A stretch of 64,000 bases of DNA. Source: an uncultured beta proteobacterium. GTDB taxonomy: Bacteria; Pseudomonadota; Gammaproteobacteria; Burkholderiales; SG8-39. This document shows, piece after piece, positions 57,282 to 64,000 of the stretch; position 1 is the first letter of the stretch; each line of letters opens with the position of its first letter. The notes below the pieces were generated by a model. That model had not been told where the DNA came from, searched no databases, and saw only the letters and a program-made list of their open reading frames with translations. Location of the stretch: assembly GCA_963735025.1 (NCBI GenBank), contig CAVTJG010000009.1, positions 744,122 to 808,121 of the forward strand, written 5' to 3'. Both the position numbers and the translations under genes were made by a program.

Positions 57282-58742
57282 ATGAATAAGCCGCTGCATC
57301 CAGAAATGTTGTCCCGCGCCGCACCGAGCGTGGCAGCGAAGGCGACCGACTCCTTCCGCGTCGTTCTCATCAACCCCTACGAGCTCGGCCGTCAGCCGTT
57401 TGCCTTGGCCGAACCCGCCGCCTGGCTGAAGCGCTCGGGATTTCCCGTGTCTTGCCTGGATCTCTCGCTGCAGAAGCTCGATCCCGAAGTACTGACCGGT
57501 GCGGGACTGGTGGCGATCTACGTGGGCATGCATACGGCCACCCGCATTGCGATCGAGGCATTGCCTCGCATCAAACAGCTCGCCCCACGGGCGCACATCT
57601 GCGTCTACGGGCTGTACGCCCCGATGAACGAGGCGCGCCTGCGCACGTTGGGTGTCGACTCTGTGCTGGGCGGCGAACTGGAGCCCGCGCTGCTATCGCT
57701 GTGCGAACGGGTGTGCGCCGACCGAACGTCCACGACCCAGCGTGAGCCGCTCGTCAGCCTGGCGAAAATACGATTCGAGGTACCGGACCGCAGTGTCCTG
57801 CCGAAACTTTCCCGGTACGCTCATCTCGTGCTGCCGGACGGATCGACTCGCACCGTGGGCTTCGCGGAGGGCAGCCGCGGCTGCAAGCACTTGTGCCGGC
57901 ATTGCCCGGTGGTTCCTGTGTACCAGGGAAAATTCCGGATCGTCCCGACGGACGTGGTAATTCAGGATATCGCGCAGCAGGTCCACGCAGGCGCCACGCA
58001 TATTTCGTTCGGCGATCCGGATTTCTTCAACGGCTCCACGCATGGTCTCAAGCTGGCGCGCGCCTTGCACGACGCGTTCCCGCATGTCACGTTCGACGCC
58101 ACCATCAAGATCCAGCACCTCATCGACCACGCCGAGCTGTTGCCCGAATTGCAGCGCTGCGGGTGCCGGTTCATCACGACCGCAGTGGAAGCGGTGGATG
58201 ATGAGATCCTGCTTCACCTCGCCAAGAACCACACCAGTCGCGACTTCGACAAGGCGGTTGCGCTGGTCCGCGCAGCAGGAATCGCGCTCGCCCCGACGTT
58301 CGTTGCATTCACGCCCTGGACGACGCTCGATGGCTACATCGCCATGCTCGAGCGGCTCGTCCAGCTGCAGCTCGTGGAAAGCGTTCCCCCGGTGCAGCTC
58401 ACGATCCGGCTGCTCGTTCCGGAGGGTTCGTATCTCCTGCAGTTGCCCGGGTTCCCGGAACAGCTGCTGGGTTTCGATCCTGCGCTCCTCGGCTACCGGT
58501 GGCGTCATGCCGATCCGCGTGTGGACCGGCTCCAGCAAGCTGTGCAGGATTGCGTGGCGCAGAGCGAGCGGGAAGGGCTCGCACGACGAGAAGTCTTCGC
58601 GGCCGTCTGGCACATGGCCCATGCGGCTGCCCGGCGCCGCGCACCTGAGCTTGCCGGCGATCTCGGGTCGCCGATCCCGCGGCTATCTGAGCCGTGGTAC
58701 TGCTGCGCCGAACCGACCGAATCGCAGCTCCAGTCTTTCTGA
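57282..58742 (+). CDS. radical SAM protein with an N-terminal B12-binding-like domain and a C-terminal CCAEP tail
   Basis: 486-aa ORF with a CxxxCxxC cluster motif (GCKHLCRHCPV, 57882-57905). The N-terminal Rossmann-like region is VVLINPYELGRQP...VAIYVGMHT. The tail is PWYCCAEPTESQLQSF (Cys-Cys codons at 58701-58706). Confidence 0.85.
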   Translation: MNKPLHPEMLSRAAPSVAAKATDSFRVVLINPYELGRQPFALAEPAAWLKRSGFPVSCLDLSLQKLDPEVLTGAGLVAIYVGMHTATRIAIEALPRIKQLAPRAHICVYGLYAPMNEARLRTLGVDSVLGGELEPALLSLCERVCADRTSTTQREPLVSLAKIRFEVPDRSVLPKLSRYAHLVLPDGSTRTVGFAEGSRGCKHLCRHCPVVPVYQGKFRIVPTDVVIQDIAQQVHAGATHISFGDPDFFNGSTHGLKLARALHDAFPHVTFDATIKIQHLIDHAELLPELQRCGCRFITTAVEAVDDEILLHLAKNHTSRDFDKAVALVRAAGIALAPTFVAFTPWTTLDGYIAMLERLVQLQLVESVPPVQLTIRLLVPEGSYLLQLPGFPEQLLGFDPALLGYRWRHADPRVDRLQQAVQDCVAQSEREGLARREVFAAVWHMAHAAARRRAPELAGDLGSPIPRLSEPWYCCAEPTESQLQSF

Positions 58743-58754
58743 TCGCTCCGCACC

Positions 58755-60014
58755 ATGCACCGCGTTCTGCTGTTGTTTCCGACCACCAGTTACCGCAACG
58801 TGGATTTTCTCGCTGCCGCGAAAAAGCTCGGCGTGGAAATCGTCGCCGCGGCGGACTACTGTCACCAACTCGCCCCGTCCTGGGGTCTGCCGCCGATCAT
58901 GGCCCTGCATTTCGACCGGCCCGAGCAGGCGGCGGACACTGTTCTGCGGGAGCTCGCGGGCAAGCCCACCGCCGTGCTGGCGGTGGACGATTCGGGAGTG
59001 GAGCTCGCTGCGTTGCTGACGGAGCGTCTCGGTCTGCCGGGAAACCCTGTTCATGCGGTGCAGCGCGTGCGCGACAAGCTGGCGTTCCGTCGACTGCTTC
59101 GCGAGCATGATTTCCTGTGCCCCGATTTTAGGCACCTGCCGACCGGCGTGGACCCTCGCTCACTGTCACGGGATCTGAAGTATCCCGTGGTGGTGAAAGC
59201 GCGGCGGCTTTCGGCGAGCCGCGGGGTGATTCGCGCCGACGATGCCGATGCACTCGTGCGAGCCGTGAACTGGGTGCGGGCCATCCAGTCCCGCGCCGAT
59301 CGTGATGCCCGGGAGCTGGGCATCCTCATCGAGGACTTCATACCCGGTCGCGAATATGCCCTCGAAGGCACGCTGGAGCGCGACGGCCTGACCATGCTCG
59401 CCCTTTTCGACAAACCCGATCCGCTGGACGGGCCGTATTTCGAGGAGACGCTCTACGTCACGCCTTCCCGGTTGCCGGGCGAGCTCCAGCACCGCTTGCA
59501 CCAGGAAGTCGCGCGAGCATGCCACGCTGCCGGGCTGGTGACCGGTTCGATTCATGCCGAGGTGCGTATCAACGACCGCGGCATCTGGATCCTGGAGATT
59601 GCGCCGCGCTCCATCGGCGGCCTGTGCGGGCGGATGCTCACCCATTCGCTCGGCATGACGCTGGAGGAATTCATCCTGCGCCAGGCCATTGCAGATCCGC
59701 GGCCGGTACGGAGCGCGGGCGGCGCGTCGGGCGTGATGATGATCCCCGTTCCGCGCCGCGGCATTTATCATGGCATCGAGGGGCTGACTGCCGCCCAGTC
59801 CGTGCCTGGTGTGACCGGACTGACCATTTCGGCGCAGCCCGGTCAGATCATCGCGCCGCCTCCCGACGGCGCGAGCTATCTGGGATTCATCTTTGCGCGC
59901 GCGGAGCATCCTGAGGAGGCCGAACGCGCGTTGCGAATGGCGCATTGCGCGCTGACGTTCGACATCCGTCCCGAGTATCCGGCGATGCTCGCGCCTGCAG
60001 CCGAAAAGGCATGA
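58755..60014 (+). CDS. ATP-grasp domain ligase (L-amino-acid-ligase-like)
   Basis: 419-aa ORF starting 12 nt after the radical SAM stop. ATP-grasp elements are present: DKLAFRRLLREH, YPVVVKARRLSASRGV, ILIEDFIPGREYALEG and IHAEVRINDRGIWILEIAPRSIGG. Confidence 0.85.
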   Translation: MHRVLLLFPTTSYRNVDFLAAAKKLGVEIVAAADYCHQLAPSWGLPPIMALHFDRPEQAADTVLRELAGKPTAVLAVDDSGVELAALLTERLGLPGNPVHAVQRVRDKLAFRRLLREHDFLCPDFRHLPTGVDPRSLSRDLKYPVVVKARRLSASRGVIRADDADALVRAVNWVRAIQSRADRDARELGILIEDFIPGREYALEGTLERDGLTMLALFDKPDPLDGPYFEETLYVTPSRLPGELQHRLHQEVARACHAAGLVTGSIHAEVRINDRGIWILEIAPRSIGGLCGRMLTHSLGMTLEEFILRQAIADPRPVRSAGGASGVMMIPVPRRGIYHGIEGLTAAQSVPGVTGLTISAQPGQIIAPPPDGASYLGFIFARAEHPEEAERALRMAHCALTFDIRPEYPAMLAPAAEKA

Positions 60015-60041
60015 CCGGAAATCACGCCGGCTTCTGAGCGA

Positions 60042-60461
60042 CTAGAACGGCTTCACGACGACGAGTATCACCGCCGCAACGAGGAACAGGACCGGCACCT
60101 CGTTGAACCACCGGAACCAGACGTGCGACTTCGTGTTCCGATCACTCTTGAAATTCTTCATGAGCTTGCCGCACCACAGGTGGTAGACGACGAGCGCCGC
60201 CACCACCGCCAGCTTTGCGTGTAGCCAGCCGCCCGCGAAGCCGTAGCCTAGCCACAGCCAGGTGCCGAAGACGATCGTCAGCACCGCGCTCGGCGCCATG
60301 ATGCCGAAATAGAGCTTGCGCTCCATGATCTTGAAGCGCTCGTTTCCCGCCTTCTCCGTGGGATCGATCATCGCGTGGTAGACGAACAGGCGCGGGAGAT
60401 AGAAGAGGCCGGCGAACCAAGTGACCATGAAGATGATGTGCAGGGCTTTTATCCAGAGCAT
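60042..60461 (-). CDS. hemJ: protoporphyrinogen IX oxidase HemJ (UPF0093 family)
   Basis: ORF 60042..60545. The family-typical N-terminus (MLWIKALHIIFMVTWFAGLFYLPRLFVYH) starts at ATG 60461. The upstream extension reads through a repeat insert. Confidence 0.85.
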   Translation of the reverse strand: MLWIKALHIIFMVTWFAGLFYLPRLFVYHAMIDPTEKAGNERFKIMERKLYFGIMAPSAVLTIVFGTWLWLGYGFAGGWLHAKLAVVAALVVYHLWCGKLMKNFKSDRNTKSHVWFRWFNEVPVLFLVAAVILVVVKPF

Positions 60462-60605
60462 GGTGCTATATCCATCGACGACCACCTGATTTGGGGGATA
60501 TACAAGGGGCGGGAAGGGGTGAGGGGGCCCCTTCCCTTCCCCCATAGCCCCTTTGTTCGATTGTGACCATGAAGATGACGTGCAGGGCTTTTATCCAGAG
60601 CATGG
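60421..60605. repeat. 43-bp direct duplication of the hemJ start junction flanking a 99-bp hairpin insert
   Basis: gtgaccatgaagatgaYgtgcagggcttttatccagagcatgg occurs at 60421-60463 and 60563-60605 (42/43 identical). The spacer 60464-60562 has ttgggggatatacaagggg, a nested stem (GGGAAGGGG 60511-60519 / CCCCTTCCC 60528-60536) and cccctttgttcg. Confidence 0.85.
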
Positions 60606-61397
60606 CTAGGAAAGCAATCGTTTGCGAAACAGGATGAGCGCAGCGTAAAAGGCGACCGCGCCGTACGCGATCAGCACCAACAAGTGTAGCGCGATGTCCG
60701 CAGGAATTTCGCCGAGCAGCAGCGGGCGCACGAGCAAGGTGGCATGCGTGAGCGGCAGTGCGTGCGAGACGATCTGGATGCCCGCGGGCAGCTGATCGAC
60801 CGGGAAGAAGACGCCGGAAAGCATCGCCATCGGCGTGATGAACAGCGTGAAGTAGTACATGAAGAAATCGTACGAGGGCGACACCGCCGTCACGACCAGC
60901 CCGAGCCCGCTGAACGCGAAGCCGATCACCGGGATGAGCGGCAGGACCCAGAGCGCGAGCCAGCTCTTGAGCAGACCCAGCGCCGCGGCCACCAGCAGGA
61001 TCGCCAGGCCGGAGAGGAACGACTTGCTCGCCGCCCACGTGCATTCACCGAGCACGATGTCCTCCAGCGCGAGCGGCGCGTTCAGCATGGCATCCCAGCT
61101 GCGCTGCACCTGCATGCGCGAGAAAGAGGAATAGAGGGTCTCGAACGTCGCGCTGTTCATGGTCGAGAAGCAAACCGTCCCGGCCGCAAGATAGACGATA
61201 TACGGAACGCCATTCACTTCCGGGAGCAGCCTGCCCAGACCGTAACCGAAGCCGAGCATGTAGATCATCGGATCGGCCAGATTGCCGAGCATCGAGGGCA
61301 CCGCGAGCTTTTGCCAGACGAGGAACATGCGGCGCCAGACGGCCGTGAAGCGCCACGAGAGCTGCGGCGGCGCGAACGAATAGGCGGCCGGGATCAT
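60606..61397 (-). CDS. nodJ: ABC-2 type exporter permease (NodJ-like)
   Basis: 263-aa ORF with six TM segments, downstream of the NodI-like ATPase gene. Confidence 0.8.
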   Translation of the reverse strand: MIPAAYSFAPPQLSWRFTAVWRRMFLVWQKLAVPSMLGNLADPMIYMLGFGYGLGRLLPEVNGVPYIVYLAAGTVCFSTMNSATFETLYSSFSRMQVQRSWDAMLNAPLALEDIVLGECTWAASKSFLSGLAILLVAAALGLLKSWLALWVLPLIPVIGFAFSGLGLVVTAVSPSYDFFMYYFTLFITPMAMLSGVFFPVDQLPAGIQIVSHALPLTHATLLVRPLLLGEIPADIALHLLVLIAYGAVAFYAALILFRKRLLS

Positions 61398-61421
61398 GAT
61401 GCCATCTCGTCGATCAGGAAG

Positions 61422-62372
61422 TCAGTCACGCAGCTCCCTTCCGGTCAGCTTTAGGAACACGTCCTCCAGGTTGGCGGGCCGGTGCAGGTAGCGAAGCTCC
61501 GGCTCGTGCTCCAGGCTCGCGAGGAGTGGCGTGTCATCCGTGGTGTAGCAGAACACAGTGTCGCCCGCCCGCTCGATGCGGCTGGCCAGTGCGCGTCCCG
61601 TTCGTTCCGTCCAGGCGTCCGTGCCGTCGCCGTGCACCTCGACCACGTGGCGTTCGATATGCCGGCGCACGAGCTCGCGCGGCGCGCCCGCGGCAATGAT
61701 CTGGCCGCGATCGATGATCACCAGCCGGTTGCACAGCCGCTCGGCTTCCTCCATGAAATGCGTGGTGAGCAGGATGGTCTTGCCCTGTCCCGTAAGACGG
61801 CGCAGCCGCTCCCAGATGAGGTGGCGGGCCTGCGGATCGAGCCCGGTAGTCGGCTCGTCCATGAAAACCACGTCCGGGTCGTTGATGAGCGCCCGCGCCA
61901 AGGTGAGCCGGCGCTTCATTCCGCCCGAGAGCGTCGCAATCTTCGACTCGGCACGGCCCGCGAGCCCGGCGAATTCCACGAGTCCCGGAATGCGCGCCCG
62001 CAGCACCTCGGCGCGGATGCCGAAGTATCGGCCGTAGACGAGCAGGTTCTCGGCCACCGTGAAATCGGGATCGAGGTTGTCCATCTGCGGGACCACGCCG
62101 ATCCGCATGCGCGCTTCGCGGCCGCGCGCGGGAACCGGCTTGTCGAGCACGGTGATCTCGCCGGCGTCCGGAGTGGTGAGTCCGAGCGCGAGTCGCAACG
62201 TGGTCGTTTTGCCCGCGCCGTTGGGGCCGAGCAATCCGAAACACTCGCCGCGCCGGAGCGAGAAATCGATGCCCGCCAGGACTTCCTGGGCCCCGTACGA
62301 CTTGCGCAGGCCGCGTACGCTGAGCACCGTGCCCGCACCCTGCTCGCCGGCTGAAATGTCGGGCTCGATCAT
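61422..62372 (-). CDS. nodI: ABC exporter ATP-binding protein (NodI-like)
   Basis: 316-aa ORF with GPNGAGKTTT, LSGGMKRRLTLARALINDP, DEPTTGLDPQARHLIWERLR and GKTILLTTHFMEEAERLC. It is closely collinear with the rhizobial NodI I recall. Confidence 0.85.
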   Translation of the reverse strand: MIEPDISAGEQGAGTVLSVRGLRKSYGAQEVLAGIDFSLRRGECFGLLGPNGAGKTTTLRLALGLTTPDAGEITVLDKPVPARGREARMRIGVVPQMDNLDPDFTVAENLLVYGRYFGIRAEVLRARIPGLVEFAGLAGRAESKIATLSGGMKRRLTLARALINDPDVVFMDEPTTGLDPQARHLIWERLRRLTGQGKTILLTTHFMEEAERLCNRLVIIDRGQIIAAGAPRELVRRHIERHVVEVHGDGTDAWTERTGRALASRIERAGDTVFCYTTDDTPLLASLEHEPELRYLHRPANLEDVFLKLTGRELRD

Positions 62373-62386
62373 GGGGCGCGGATCGT

Positions 62387-63046
62387 TCAGTGCCAGTTCC
62401 CTTTCACGATGTCACGGATGATGTTCAACCGACGGTGAAAGAAGTGGTCGGCCCCGGGAATCACGATTACCGGCAACTCCTGGGGACGCGCCCAGTCGAG
62501 CACCCGCGCGAGCGGCACGGTCTCGTCGTGCTCGCCGTGAATGACGATGGTGCCGGCCGGAACGGTCGGCGTGGTGTACTTGCGCTCGCCGAGGTCGCCC
62601 GCGGCGGTGCCTACGAGCACCAATCGCTCCGATGTCACGCGCTGCGCGACGCGCGTCTGAACGTAGCTGCCGAAGGAGAAACCGGCAAGCGCGAGCGGCT
62701 TCTCGCCGAAGCGATCGCGAGCATATTCGATCACCGCGAGCATGTCGTCCGTCTCGCCTTCGCCGTGGTCGTGCGTCCCCTCCGACTTGCCCACGCCGCG
62801 AAAGTTCGGACGGATTGCGACGTAGCCGAGCTCGACGAACGCGCGCGCGAGTGTCGCCACGACCTTGTTGGTGAGCGTGCCGCCGAAAAGCGGATGGGGA
62901 TGGCAGACGAGCGCGATGCCGCGCACGCCTTCGGAGACGCCGTCCGCGGGAAAAACGGTCGGATGCTCGACGACCGTCTCGATCCGTCCGGCCGGCCCGG
63001 CGACGAAGACGTGCTCTTCGGATTTCCGTCTCAGGGAGCTTTGCAT
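62387..63046 (-). CDS. alpha/beta hydrolase (COG2945-like)
   Basis: ORF 62387..63271, with the likely start at ATG 63046. It has a nucleophile elbow (GFSFGS) and a C-terminal HFF motif. Confidence 0.8.
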   Translation of the reverse strand: MQSSLRRKSEEHVFVAGPAGRIETVVEHPTVFPADGVSEGVRGIALVCHPHPLFGGTLTNKVVATLARAFVELGYVAIRPNFRGVGKSEGTHDHGEGETDDMLAVIEYARDRFGEKPLALAGFSFGSYVQTRVAQRVTSERLVLVGTAAGDLGERKYTTPTVPAGTIVIHGEHDETVPLARVLDWARPQELPVIVIPGADHFFHRRLNIIRDIVKGNWH

Positions 63047-63092
63047 GCGACGAGCGTGGCAAGGAGAGGAGGTGCCCCTTGCGTGTTCGAGT

Positions 63093-63401
63093 CTATATGC
63101 GCAGCCGCTCGACGACGCGCCCGTGCACCAGGTGCTCGTCGATGATTTCGTCGATGTCGGTCTTGTCGACGTAGGTGTACCAGACCTCTTCCGGATACAC
63201 CACGATGACTGGGCCCTCGTCGCAGCGGTCCAGACACCCGGCGGTATTGATTCGCACCTTGCCCTCGCCACTCAGCTTGAGCGCCTTGACGCGGTCTTTC
63301 GCATACGCGCGCACATCCTTCGCGCCGCGGTCCGCACAGCAGGCCTCGCCCGGCTCGCGCTGGTTGCAGCAGAAGAAGACGTGATGCTTGTAGTAGCTCA
63401 T
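63093..63401 (-). CDS. thioredoxin-like [2Fe-2S] ferredoxin
   Basis: 102-aa ORF with the Cys ligand pattern HVFFCCNQR...ACC...AGCLDRCDEGPV. Confidence 0.85.
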   Translation of the reverse strand: MSYYKHHVFFCCNQREPGEACCADRGAKDVRAYAKDRVKALKLSGEGKVRINTAGCLDRCDEGPVIVVYPEEVWYTYVDKTDIDEIIDEHLVHGRVVERLRI

Positions 63402-63623
63402 GAGAATGGATCACCGCTGGAGTCGGGAACGCCGCGCGCGACGCGCGGGAACTCTCGATTATAGCCAGCGCGATTCCGTGGCGTGCGCGATTCTCCAGCA
63501 GCCCGCCGGGCATGCGGCGCATGAAATCGGTGATAGCCTACGATGCTCGGGCAGCCGGGGATCGGCGGCCTGGCCGCTCTGCCCTCGGCCCCTGGCCCAC
63601 AATTCATCGTCGAGCGACCCGTC

Positions 63624-64000
63624 ATGAAGATCTCGCAACTGGAAGTCCACATCCTGCGCGCGCCGGACGACGGCCGACCGCACTGGGTCAGCCATTTCAA
63701 GGTCCCGAAAGCGAACGAGATCCTGGTTCGGCTGAGAACCGACTCGGGCGTCGAGGGCATCGGGCTCGCCACGAGCTATACGCCGATCGAGGCCGCGATC
63801 CATGCCTTTCGAACAGGCATCGGCGAGCTCGTCGTCGGCGCCGATCCGCTGGCGCCCGAGCGCCTCTACGAAAAGCTTTTCGCGCTCACCTCGCAACGCC
63901 TCGCGCACGAGAAGGGCTGGTCGCGCGAGGCGATCGTGCGCATCTCCTCCGCCGTGGACATCGCGGTCTGGGACATCGTCGGCAAGGTCGCGAATCTGCC
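63624..64000 (+). CDS. enolase-superfamily (mandelate racemase/muconate lactonizing enzyme) protein, 3' end outside the window
   Basis: Not in the ORF track because it has no stop. My own translation from ATG 63624 gives MKISQLEVHILRAPDDGRPHWVSHFKVPKANEILVRLRTDSGVEGIGLA...AVDIAVWDIVGKVANL, a typical MR/MLE N-terminal capping domain. Confidence 0.75.
   Translation, partial: MKISQLEVHILRAPDDGRPHWVSHFKVPKANEILVRLRTDSGVEGIGLATSYTPIEAAIHAFRTGIGELVVGADPLAPERLYEKLFALTSQRLAHEKGWSREAIVRISSAVDIAVWDIVGKVANL

Noticed and set aside
58701-58706. Possible selenocysteine in the radical SAM CCAEP tail.
   Set aside because: The codons are TGC TGC, not TGA. The ORF reads through normally and I see no SECIS-like hairpin need, so this member is the Cys-Cys form.
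60466-61044. A 192-aa minus-strand ORF ending in MLWIKALHVIFMVT... upstream of hemJ.
   Set aside because: Most of it is an out-of-frame reading of the NodJ-like permease gene. Only the final 45 codons (from ATG 60603) are meaningful, as the duplicated hemJ start reading through the insert. That part is reported as a decoy ORF, not as a gene.
1-64000. A search for tRNA, rRNA, tmRNA, IS elements, integrases, prophage genes and toxin-antitoxin or other defence modules.
   Set aside because: By eye I found no cloverleaf-like or rRNA-like sequence in the intergenic regions. No ORF has transposase, integrase, phage or recognised defence-system motifs. A tRNAscan/Infernal run would be needed to exclude small RNAs formally.

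Overview
Visibly GC-rich, almost fully coding chromosomal segment of about 70 genes. Gene content and local order look gammaproteobacterial and Pseudomonas-like, but no taxon can be assigned without a search. I found no rRNA, tRNA, CRISPR array, transposase, integrase or phage genes.

Main blocks, in order:
- 1-9.3 kb: assorted small enzymes and transporters (methyltransferase, exonuclease, EamA, cupin, GFA, VWA, NYN-LOTUS, MFS, mgtE, mscL).
- 9.4-12.4 kb: thiD-thiE-hemL and a rubredoxin gene.
- 12.6-22.5 kb: type IV pilus chemosensory cluster pilG-pilH-pilI-pilJ-chpA, without pilK or chpB.
- 22.5-27.5 kb: photolyase with an MBL-fold lipoprotein, then an amidohydrolase with a DUF1185-like gene.
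- 27.5-36.2 kb: algH/yqgE-ruvX-pyrR-pyrB-pyrC', then yggU-yggT-proC-yggS, then pilT-pilU.
- 36.2-45.8 kb: accessory-looking stretch with two small secreted ORFs, a Crp/Fnr gene, an arsC-like gene, a VOC gene, a MetE-like gene, a TRAP transporter, a THUMP methyltransferase and a Gfo/Idh/MocA oxidoreductase.
- 45.8-51.4 kb: tandem-OsmC protein, ubiX, MaoC, a ThDP enzyme, a thioesterase and a peroxiredoxin.
- 51.4-55.0 kb: four-gene MCE/Mla-type ABC system.
- 55.2-64 kb: a divergent ClpX-like ATPase, yggX, DUF971, a radical SAM enzyme plus ATP-grasp ligase, hemJ, nodIJ-like ABC exporter genes, a hydrolase, a ferredoxin and a partial enolase-superfamily gene.

Most interesting observations:
1. An uncharacterised cassette: a radical SAM enzyme with a C-terminal CCAEP tail, followed 12 nt later by an ATP-grasp ligase.
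2. Two tightly coupled gene junctions (nodJ-like/hemJ and phr/MBL) each carry a 43-48 bp direct duplication of the junction around a short GC-rich hairpin insert. The inserts share one motif, and a third copy lies between pilJ and chpA.
3. A ClpX paralogue that lacks the zinc-binding domain, the GYVG pore loop, the RKH loop and the IGF loop.
4. Nine apparent frameshifts in seven genes, several at short homopolymers. These are either assembly indels or real pseudogenes.
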